From NCBI GenBank assembly GCA_002633005.1, contig NMRA01000605.1, forward strand, positions 1 to 64,000: 64,000 nucleotides of DNA, read 5' to 3'. The notes under the pieces were generated by a model, which was not told the DNA's origin, made no database searches, and worked only from the letters and a program-made list of their open reading frames with translations. Positions 49,601 through 61,600 of this stretch are shown here, one piece after another. The translations under genes were made by a program, and so were the position numbers. Position 1 is the stretch's first letter. Each line of letters opens with the position of its first letter. The DNA comes from Phoronis australis. Lineage: Eukaryota; Animalia; Phoronida.

Positions 49601-52600
49601 TAATAAGGAATGTCAAGGCGTTGCGTCTAGTGGTTGTGATCTCTTAGTATTTGACCAAACTGGCTTTTTCCACTTTCCCGCTGGATATCGGATAACCGCG
49701 GATGTGGCACAAGTTTGTACAGGAAACTGGCATAATGGTAGACACACTGACGCATGGTACATTCATACATCACACTCATGTCCATGGAGCAAGAAACTTT
49801 GAATTGAAGTCACTTTACTTCTATTTTGTCCGTTTTTAGGCTATTGAATTGACGAATGTGATATGCTATAAATTAATGATAATGACGCTCGTAGTGTAGT
49901 CACTTGTCAAAACAAGGTAAGTGGTGGTTATAAGCACATTAAGGTTATTGCCCTTTAATATACATTTGTTCAGGCTGACTGTTGTGTATTGTTGCAGGAT
50001 ACATGGTACTCATCCTGTCTAGGGGTAACCATATGTTTACTTGTGTTTAGTCTGACTGTTGTGTATTGTTGCAGGGTACATGGTACTTAGCCTGCCTAGG
50101 GGTAACCATATGTTTACTTGTGTTTAGTCTGACTGTTGTGTATTGTTGCAGGATACATGGTACTTAGCCTGTCTAGGGGTAACCATATGTTTACTTGTGT
50201 TTAGTCTGACTGTTGTGTATTGTTGCAGGATACATGGTACTTAGCCTGTCTAGGGGTAACCCTAACAAGTGGCTGACTGAGATCAAGGAACAGTTTTGTA
50301 ACAAAGTGGTAAGAAGGCATCAAGTAGTGTGTACCTGTCGAGATTTGAATGATGGAAATAGTGAAGGAAACTTGACATTAAGGCTTTTGTATTGTTTATC
50401 ATGATATAAAGTTTGCTCTTCATTGTTGAGTTATGTCGCTTTTAGAAAGCATTGACGTAATTGCAACTAAACATTAATTAATCTTTCTGACCACTTGCTC
50501 ATGATATGTGGCTTCAGGTGACTGAGAAATAGATGCCTATGACTGCATGTATTAGGAGATGTCTGCACTCCTCTTGTGGGTGTTGTGACCTTTGAGAAAT
50601 GTGTTTTCATTTGGTTTTGTGTTGGCATATGTAAAATGAAAAGTGTCTGTTAATTTGAAAACATAGTGTTTGTGTAATGTTAATGTCACTTATGATCCTT
50701 AAATTCTAAGCTGCAATTACATTAAGAATTCTACAGTTTGGGACAGTCTCTTAAATTTGGGACATTGAAATTCAAGCCGAAATAGAAGTTACTTGATTCA
50801 GAAGATTGAAACATGAGTAATTCCCATGTTCAACATGTTTCTGAAATATTGGAACCTGGATTTTCTTTCAACAAAGTATGAGGTGAAATCGCTGAATATA
50901 GCTAGGAATAAAACACTAATTTTGTTGCGATTCCTGAATTCGGAATGGCCAATATTTCCTATTTCTTAAATTTAGTACGAGCTTCGATCTTGAGCAAAAT
51001 TATTAAGTTTTCACTACCCCGAAGTGGAGAATTTTACGGTATGCTCTCTTTATCTTATCAAGTCTTTTTAATTAACCCTTTTCCACCTTCATCCCTGCTT
51101 AGGCTCAATCCAAGCTCCTTGATCTGCTGTCTGCCAGTCATTCCACAGACAGTGGATCCTTCTACTTACTGACAAGTCCCAGGTACACATCCACCAGCCT
51201 GCAGTACCCAGTCAGACACCAGCTGTCCCAGTACGAGAAGGTGGCTGCCACCCACAGCCCCCATAGCCTACATGGACTGGTCTGGTTGGCTCTACAGCAC
51301 TACTCAGTCAAGGATGACTCACAGCCTGGTTGTAAGTTAGCCTCAGGAGTTATGGTTTGTTTCGTACAACAGGACAAATATTTACATTGACAAATGTGGT
51401 TTTTGTCGTGTTTTGACTCAGTTGAAATCTAGCATGACAAATGTTAAAATTCATAAAGTATTTTTGAAGCTTGTCCAATCTGTTTTTTTTTTTTGATTAT
51501 GCTCCCTGTATTAAGCGTGTTTTTCTTTGTTTTTACCACTGTCACATGTATCTTAATTTATCTTTGTCTTACCTTGTTGACCAGTTATCACACCTTTGTA
51601 TTTATTTGTAGATGGATTTGAGGTATTTGAAAACCTGCGCTTCAGTGTCAGCACCCACGATGCCTCAGTGTTGTGTCGTATCGATGTTCAAGCATTTCTT
51701 TACGCCACTGTACGATGCACTGCTGTACGTCTGGATGAGCAGCGAAGCAACCTGCCCCCTGTTGCTGCAAAGCCAAGTCTGCTTCCTGATGTGATCTGTG
51801 AGCCTCTGTGTACCTATGAGCAGCAGGATTGGTGGGCAGTTGCCTATAGGCTTCATAACAGTGCAGTCAAGTAAGTGAGGAGGGTAGTTAGTAATACAAA
51901 TGACAGTCCTTGGCCTGTTCTAATGCTCATTATTATGCAACCATGGCTGTCTTTGGTTAAGCTGTTGTTTGTTTTTACCTTTTGATATAGGTTGTGTACG
52001 ACCATGTCAACAAGTGTATTGAAACAGCTGGTTCTTCTCAGCAGCCTTGTTTTGTGTGTTACCTCCTCGTAGAATCAAGACCAGATTCAATCAAAATAAA
52101 TATATATTATTTTGCTTTTTACATATATACAGCAATGTATATAGTACTTACAATACAAATTCTTGCACTGTTTTTATGCGCCCACATATTTATAGGTGGG
52201 TGCATATTGCCGTCATCTCTGTCTGGGCATCCGGCGTCCACCGCTGTATCTCCTAAACCCTTCACAAGATCTTGATGGGATTTGGCAGATGTGCTCTTAT
52301 GAAGCTGATGACGGACGGCGACGAATTTCGGATCTCTTCGACTATTAGTGTGCCCCTAGTGTGCCCCGTAGTGGCAATTTTAGTTTTTTACATTTATCTC
52401 TGTGTCTTCGGAGATCCTCTACGGATTTTCATGAAATTTGGCAGTTAGGCATCTGTTAGTGGGATAATGCTATCCTCTCGTTTTTTGAATGGATTCGTGG
52501 TGCTTTGGGCCAACAGACAATGGCGACTTTCAGACATCCGACGAACGCTGTGCCCCCTAGTGGTAATTTCATTTTTTTTCAGTTTTCATTTGTTTCTCTG

Positions 52601-55600
52601 AAGATTCTTGACAGATTTTTATGAAATTTGTTAAATAGCTCTCTGTTGAAGAAACAATGGCATGTTCCCAATTTCAGGTGGATTCAATGTAATTTGTGCG
52701 ATCTAGTGGCCATTTTTATGATACAAGTAAACAACCCTAGAACTGCACTATTTGTGGTGCATTCGTGGAGGCGTTTCAATGCTCTGTGTTGCTCTTGTAT
52801 TGTAGAGCCAGAATCCTAATTATATTGATGATATTTGAGTTTGAGCCTGACGAACTGACTTGTTCAGTCGCGTTGCTTCTTTTATACAGAATCAGTAGAT
52901 TCACATTATGCTAATTGGTCGAACACATTATATAACCAGCTATTATTAGATGAACTTTAAGCATTTTTCAAAAGAATAGTATGTTAAAACAACATTACCT
53001 GCCATAATATTAAGCTGGCCAATTGAACAATATGTATGATATAGCAACTTGACATACATTAAAATCCACACTAAAAGTAATCCCTGTTACAGTATTTTGC
53101 CAAGTATCTTCAGACTATAGCTTTTAACTCGGTGAAAGTATATATTTTCGGAATGCAGAAAGCCTTCGATTTTTGGCTTTTACCTATCTGCAATTGATTG
53201 GGTCATGTGACCATGTCTTAGCAAATAAGAAAGGCAGTCACTTGGCACTGTTGCCTTGCAAACACCTTCACACTTGAGTAGCTCCCTGCTTTCACTCTAT
53301 TACTAAATTATCCTTTCATTGGCACCAGCTGATCAATGTCCACACTTTTGTTACTTTAATCGGTTGGTTGTCATTATGTTGTTACGTAGTGGGCTGCCTG
53401 TTACAAGCCAACCAAATTTCTGGAAGAAATCTGACCTCGAGTAATGTAATTCATGTTTCGTTTGCAGGGAAAACTTTGCAAAAGCTCGCTTGACATTTCA
53501 GCGAGGTTTGGAGTGTGTCCGCATCATGGCAACCCACGGGATGAGTGTTCAGCTTGTTACTCACTTAGCTCGCACATTTGAAGAGCGGGTAGGTTTTACA
53601 TGTCAATCAACTTTCACTTGAGAGTGTTATGTAATTTCCATGCCAAATTAATTTTGATGGAGTTGTGTTCCATAGTGCTAGATACTTGAAAGGCAGTGGG
53701 AAATCTTGACTTCTCATTTCGTTGTGCTCCCTTACAAGTACACGAAACTCAACATATCAGTCTTGCCTACCAATCTTTTCAGTGGTGGCAAGTAAAGGCA
53801 TGCAGTTCTGCGTGCTCTCACAAGGGTTACTAGACACGCCTCTAGGGGACAATTCAATATGTTGCCATTGAGTGGTATTTAAAATTCCTTAGAAGCAACT
53901 GGTTTGAACATTTTAAGGGTGTCTTTACCAACAATGTTGAAGAAAATGATGACTATTTTAATGAGTTTCATGAATATATTTCTGACTTTGTACAAAGACA
54001 CAGATTTCTGGATGATCTACCTCTGTATGGCTGTAAGTCACAATGGGAGAAATTGACCGTTGTCTAAACCAAATGAAGTGTAGGAAAGCTGCTGGTGCCG
54101 AAGGGTTACCTATTGAGTTCTTCAAGTATACCACTCCCCACATGAAAGACTTACTGTCGCATCTGTGTTTAACTCTGGTGTCTACCCCAGCCAGTGGTGT
54201 AAGGGTGTCATAACACCATTGATTAAGAATCGATCGAAGAACAATCTCAATAACACTCTACTTGATGTGGCGGGCAAAATATTTTCTAAGATACTTTGTA
54301 ATTGTTTGAACGAATGAGCAGAAGAAAATGAAACCTTATCAGAGTGCCAAGTTAGATTAGGAAATGGTTATTCTACCATAGACAACATGTTAATTTTGCA
54401 TAGTTGTTCACCAGAGGGCGTTTTTATTGTCTTTTCATTATTTTAAAAAGTTGTTTGACTGGACAAGGAGATGTGGTTTAAAATATGAATTGATTGGCCA
54501 CAATTTATCTTGTAGTTAAAATGTCTGGGAGCCACGGGGTTGAACCTGGTTTTGCCGGATAAAGTTTTTTCTTTGCTTTTTCATGTAGCCTAGTAACTAT
54601 GATTTAGGGGGTGACTGTTCACAACCCTTGAGGGCTGTACTAGTAAAATCCGTGTGGGAAGGGGGGGACGGCAGTAGAAATAAAAATTCATGGGTGTTGG
54701 TCTTCAGAAAAAAACACAAATTATGGGTGGTCGTTCTTGTAAGAAGTGATGCATTAAAAATGGGGGGTATTTTTTGACCTGTTAATGTTGACAGGTTAGT
54801 TACTTCAGCCCTCAAAACTAAAAAAAATCCAATGCAGAAAAGCCCATATTGCTAGTGAACAGAGTGCAATATGTTCACTAAGCCATTAATCAAGTCATGG
54901 GCAACTTGATTTGAGCCAACTGCTTGTCTGCAGTCCTATTGAATTGAAAAGTTATGCAACACTAAACTGGTGTTAACACATAAGAAAATTGATGATTTTT
55001 AAATAAAAAGTATGAGGAGTAAGATAAACAAGTTCCAATATTCACTTGACATAGAAGTATAAAAGAGTTTGTGGAGACAGTTTGAGATTCATAGATCCTT
55101 ATAATTGAAAAAATGTTCATTGAAATTATAGACACATGGTGAACAGAGACACCTGGTGGCTGCCAAAAGTATTGCTCACAGGCTACTTTAGTTTTTGACA
55201 ATACGGTATTGGTTCTGGTCTGTCAATCATCTAAGTTCTTAACAGGTCCTCCTGGAGGCAATTTGTTTGCAAGTGTTGGATTTTATATTTTAACCTATTA
55301 AAAATAATTAAAAAATTATGGGTCATGGGTTGGAGAAATAAATGAAAATTATGGGCGGTGGGTACGAAATAAAAGTGCCTTCCCCCCCTCCCATACAGAT
55401 TTTGCTGGAACAGCCTTGAGCAATTTTTTAAATATGCAAATAAAGGTCGCCTTTATGCAAAATTCTATTTTTGTCTATAATTTCCTTACCAAGCACTGCA
55501 GGCAGGTTTCAATGGTCAGCGAATATAATAATGAATTTTTTTGGCGGATACATCGTTAATTTGCATAATTTATGCAAATTAAGGCTGCCATTATTCAGAA

Positions 55601-58600
55601 TTCTTCTTGTGCTTATAGCTACCGTACCAAGCACCACATGTGAGCTATAATGATATTTGCAACTATATTCTTATGGTCAATTAGTTTATTGAAATCAGTT
55701 TGCATGTTGTTTCATGATCAGTTTGCTGGTGGATTTGTTTCCACATTTCCATGATTTACTGGTAATGGGATCTCTTTACATTTTCTGTGAATGCCCCTGT
55801 TGTTGGAGGCAGAACACACAGTTTTGGAGCAGATGTATATATCTTGCCATTTTTCTTTCCCCATACTTGTAGTCTGGTCTCTGACATGTTCCTGGCTCTC
55901 TTCATTCCATAACAAGCAGATATAAATTTAGTGGCCTGTTCCATGACATCAGAGAAATGTGCATCGGCATTGCCGATGGCAGACAGGTCATACCCAGCCT
56001 TCAGTGTTTTATCCCCTTTCCTACCCCAAAGTAGCATGCCACTGTGTCACATCCAGACAGTGCATGAGCAGGGAGATCATTCTGTAGTTCTGTTAATGGA
56101 AGCTAAGTATGTTGGCTAAATTGTGAAGGTGAGGGGACATAAAATTGCATCCATTTCTATTGCAGGCTAATGAAGTAGGCAGTGAAACGGAAAGTTACTA
56201 CCTGAGGGCCAGGGCAGGCTTGTATTGGGAGAAAGCTAAAGAAATGTTGGAGGCATTGTCAAAGTAAGAACATCGCTCCTAGTTTTCATTAACACTTTAT
56301 TTGTAACAATGATATATTAAATTTAAGTTTGGTTTTTGAATAGTAAACGATACTGTTGTTGTTGTAGTTTGTCTAGTCAAACAAATGACATGTTTATACC
56401 AGTCATACCCCAGATGTTGTATTTACCCAAACTAAGTAGCTTTCAGAATGAACCAATGATCACAATACAAAATTGTAATTTTACTGGAATAGTATGCACA
56501 TTATATGATTGTGTTGCAGTTTTCCTTAAAGTCCAAGAAGCACACGTTGTTAACCCTTATTACATGGATACAGGATGCTACAAGGATCCAAGAAGTACCT
56601 ACCCCAAAGCTTATACACAATCCGTAATCAAACAAAGCTTAAATAAACGCGCCACTCACGATTCGCACCCGAAGAACACACCGCCATTTTGAACTTACCG
56701 CAAACCCAGAAGTACAATTTATTCAGGAACCCAGGCTAAGAAAGCACCGTCAGTACGACTGGAGCAGTGCCTGTTACCAGCCTGCAAACGGGGATAAAAT
56801 AATCGACAGCGTGCCTTAATTTTCATAAAATCAAAATACAGACAATTTTATCGAATTTGCTGAAGAAATATGGCGAATAAATTTTAACAGAAATTATTTT
56901 GCCAGACTCGGGACCGCAGCCGCTATCGGACCCGGTGCGGATGGAGACCAGACACTGGCGAACGGTAAAGGCATGCGGTTGCAAGCTGTTTTGTCGAAGT
57001 AAAATGTTCAAATCATAATGCCTTATATATTCAAAGGTAGTTTCAGACACTTGCATAAAATTACGGGCTGGTTAGTCTTGTGTCACACTGCCGCGGCAGC
57101 CGTTAGCTGGCCTCAGTGCCAGTTACCAGTATGAAAACTATCGTCAAACTACAGTTTGTTAATAGGGCTATACATCTTTGCGCCAAGGCCACCCTTAGGC
57201 CTACCTGGTCCCTGGCCACAGCGCTCGCTCAAACGAAGTTTATTTAAAACTTGGGGTATTCTGGCGAACTGTGCAAAGGTGTTGGCTTTCAACAGAGATT
57301 TGCCCAGACTTCGTATGAGCACACCAAGCCTAAAAAATGGGGACTGGAATTTTTGGGAATGTCTAGGTTTTACTATAAGATTCACTGGGTGTGTTCAGAG
57401 CTATGAATTGCAGATGCTAAATTTTGATACTTTCGATCTTCTAGTGGACTTTTGTCTTGTTTTCTACTTTTTTCAGAGTTCGTGCTTCTTTGACTGAGGC
57501 ACACTTTTTTCCATTTCTCCAAATAGGGGGCTCGTTCAAGCTTATAAGTATGACAAGTCCAATACAAAATGTTATCATTTTTTATTCATTAAACCAAAAT
57601 GATTCAACCTTTTATCATAATAAGTAACTTAGAATGCACAGTACTTTACAAAATTTAGCATTACAAACACTATACAACAGCACAAGTTTCCATGATATGA
57701 AAGTGGACATACATGTAACTATTACCATGGTGACGGAATAGTGTTTCCTTACACCAGAATTTGACAAGCGTGATTAAAAAAATATGGAGTTGCAAGGAAC
57801 AAGAATTGGAGGCTTGAAGCTTCAAAGTACAACATAGCTTATTTCTCAAATTAAGATTCTTCATATTGTTGACTTGATAACCTGAATTTAAGAAAGCAAT
57901 AAGTTACAAAATATGACTTGAAAGCAATTTAGACTTAAAATTTAGAAAAATATGAATCATTTTGTGACACCGAATCAAGCCTTGAACAGCAGTTGACAGT
58001 CAAACAAAAAACCATTTCAAAAGTATTTCAACTATTTTTAGCTTAGTGTAAGGTCACCTGAATGGGAAATTCACAGTAAAATAATTTGAATATATCTTTT
58101 GTAATGTATTTTTTCCACAAAAACACAAAAATTGAACAAACTTCCTTATTTGTAGCAACGTTTGTCAAAATGTATCAACGTTAAATCTTCACAAATTACA
58201 AAGTAACAGGTTGAACATGCCTTCCAGTTCAGCAAAAGTCGCCATGTTGTCGGTGCCATCAGAAAAACAGGAATTGTGAGCACATTTATCACTTAATGAG
58301 TAACAACTGCGAGGCTGAAATTCGGTGAACACTGTTGAATCGTGCAGAATAGTAAGTAAAGATATGTCTGACTGAATTTCACCGTAATTTGTTGGCAAAA
58401 ACAGTTTACACAAAGTTTTAAACTCGTAACTCATCCCGCTGTCCTCCAATATGGCTGACGCGATCCAAACAAAGTGACCCAAATTTCGGCACAAAAATTG
58501 CAATAACTTTACACTGCTTGCCTCGATTTTGATACTTTTTCGATTTTTACTGAGTAGAATTCACTACCTTTCCGATGATAGCAAAGTACTTTCTCAAAAA

Positions 58601-61600
58601 AAATTCAATACGAAAAAATTAGTTCCTAGGTTCGACCGCCCAACATAACAGCTAGAACTAAACACCAATGCTGTTTTAACGTAATTTAATAAACAAAAGT
58701 ACATGTTGAATTCCAAAAAAATTCAACGACCACTAACTACAAACTATAAATACACTACATATACAAACGAATCACGAGATATTACTAATAAAACAAAATA
58801 ATGAAGACTTTTCGAGCAAGCGATAGCACATTCAGTTTCAAGGAAAAAATGGCGGCATTCAGGACAAGTTCCTGAACTGACAAGCCGGAAATGTGGGTAT
58901 GGAAATAACCGATGACAGCCGGTAATTATACGCTGACGGAGAAGGGTCAAATATTTTTTTAAAAATCTCTTTTGGCACGAAAGGCGAAAAGAATATAAAG
59001 AAAGGGTATCAAAAATAAGATTTTATTTTAAGTATTTTCGGATACTGGAACCACATTGTCATTTTGAGACAAGGACTTTAATTCCTGCTGTCACTTGATA
59101 CTCAAACAGCATGTACTTCAGTTTATGTAAGTACTGAATGTGACTGCAGTGAGGTCCAGTATATTGAGTTAATACTTTGTTTGTTCTCTTGCATTTGGAT
59201 GTGAAGCTCTTCCCTGCAGCCAATTGGGCACTTGGAATCTTGAAAAAAATACCTTTCAAGACCCAAATTCACTAAAAGACGAACCCTCGACATAACTGTT
59301 GTTTAGTTGCTTTAAGCTCTAGGCCACTCAACGCCCAATTTTTGAACTGCTTGTTTGTTTTTCCATAATAGAAAACACCCTGTGCGCACACCTAAAGAGA
59401 AACTGTTTACTTGTGACGAGGAACCCTTGACTGATGAAGAGGTGCATCACTTGTTGAACCAGGCTCGCTTCTTCTTGGCCTGTGAAGCAATGAAAGGAGA
59501 GAGATACGAGGTGGCCAGGAGAGAATTTGAACAAATTGACACTGCAGAAGCACTCTTCAATCTGTCCAAGGTAACACAGCATGTTTATGTGTGTCCGTGG
59601 CTGTGTTGGAAACTTGCATATGAGGAAAATTTATGTTTAAGTTTATATAGTGCTGAGTGATGTAGACTTGTAGTCTTAGCTAATTTGGCCCTCAGGGTGT
59701 TAAAGTTTTTAGTCCAAGAGTTGTAAGGAAGTTTGTCCGGCTTTCTTCATTTTGGCCTTCCTTCCTCAGGTGAAACATTGTTGGAGAGTACCCAGAGTTG
59801 AGAAATCCCACTATCTGAAATAAATCTGGATCTGTTATCAAAGCAAAGTTAGCAGTCAGTCTAGTTGTTCATTCCATAATATTTCAGATGTCCATAATAA
59901 CTACTGTGCTGATGAGTCAGGGTTAAGGTAATTGTCACCCTTCGTGACATCCTTTCAAGTTTCATCTAGTGACTAAATTTTCATTTTCATCCCATGAAAG
60001 TGTTTATTTTCTGAATCCTCAGTGACTTGAAAGCTGTTAATTCATGCTTTAAAATATCCAACAAATCATAATGATGTGACCTCCATTTTTGTGAAAATTT
60101 CATTTAAATTTGTTTTATATAACCTTAAAAATGAACCCCAGGAGACTTTGTGTATCAACTGTTCTTGCTTTAGGTATACAGGGAACAGTCTTTTACAATT
60201 GTTCTTAGTCTCAAACAACTGAGATGTCTGCCAGCTAACTCTTTTTTAAGTCATTGCAAGTCCTCCATTTTTTGGTGACATCTTTGTTTTCCCTCGATCA
60301 TATGCTATAGAATAACATTAAGAGGGAAAACTTCCCTGCTAATTGACCATGCATTTAAGATAAATGGCTGAACATTCACAACTCTCAAAAACATTTGAAA
60401 CTCAAATATCCTGAGAAGGCGAGAATTATTTGCAATGTAATAGATATCAAGTGGAAGTGTTCCATAAAGATTCACATTTGGCGTTTCGCTCAGCACCTTG
60501 AGAGAAGTGTTTGAGGTGCAATAAAGCATAGAATTCAATATTTGAATAAAAATTCAACAAAATAGAAAAAAAAATAATGAAAGTCTAGAATTACCTTTAT
60601 TGTAGTTCAGCCACCATTTACCTTGCTTTTTTGTGGATTGGCAATTTTTTATTACAAATGTTTCTAGATTTATCGTAAACTAGCTGACGAAGAGGTTGAC
60701 GGTCTTGGAGATTATGATCTGACAGCCCGAGTCCGGGATCGTTACCGAGGCCTGCTGGTGAAGGCGCAAGAAACACTGCACAGAACTTTGGACAGAATGA
60801 CAGGAGCTAGGGGACATGTATGTCTACTGTTAATCATAGATAAGACTTGTTGCCATACAATGAGTATAGCTTACTGGTGTTTAAAGCATTCTTAGTTATT
60901 TTCAATTCATGGAATTTCCGCATTTCCGCTTTTCTCTTTCAGTCCCTCCGCGTATTTTCGTTATACTTCCGCGGAAAAAAATTGGGTTTGCCATAAAATT
61001 AACGCGGCAAATTGGTTTCTCACCGCGGCGTTGCCGACGGCTCGAAAAGCGGAAACTGCGAAAATTGTAATTGCGGATCACAGGCACTCGAATTTCCTGA
61101 TGTCTCCTAACCATATACAAGAAACATGCTTTCTTAGTAGTGAGTGACGTCAGAGGTAATCGAGGAACAGATAAATTCAAGCGCCTGTGCCTGGGATAGC
61201 GTGGTTCATCAAAGGCGTCTGCATTTGGTAGAAAATCGCGGCGACAAATAGTGCGACTCTGCTGTCAAAAATGCGTGGAACGTGGTGTAGACAGAATATT
61301 TCGTGGAAAAGTGGATATATAAAAGAAACGGTCAATGTTTTCACAAACAACATAAGTCAAGGTTTGTGCTCTGTAAACCTTGAGAGAGGAACAATTACGG
61401 AGTGCGTGGGCGAGTTGCCTCAGACTAAGTTGGAGTCGGAGGACCGACTGAAAACGATGAAACACTAGAAATAACAACACTTCCTGAAAAGAAATTCAAC
61501 CGTAACCGGTTATTCGTTGGATTGGAATCGTGGGATGTGAGTGATGTATGAAATTCTTTTGTTTGATCCCACATGCACACCCGTTGCCGTTGGCTGCTAA

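Noticed and set aside
52840-52880. CCTGACGAACTGACTTGTTCAGTCGCGTTGC, a hammerhead/pLTR-like trace
   Set aside because: The core GAAA is missing and there is no adjacent Penelope coding sequence; too short to call.
56548-58950. Possible piggyBac-like element (TTAA|CCCTT ... AAGGG|TCAA)
   Set aside because: Only 5 bp of terminal match, an imperfect TSD and no transposase trace. The region is probably repeat-derived but I cannot define it.
59905-59955. CTGATGAG followed by a stem, suggesting a hammerhead ribozyme
   Set aside because: There is no GAAA after the putative stem II and no closing stems.
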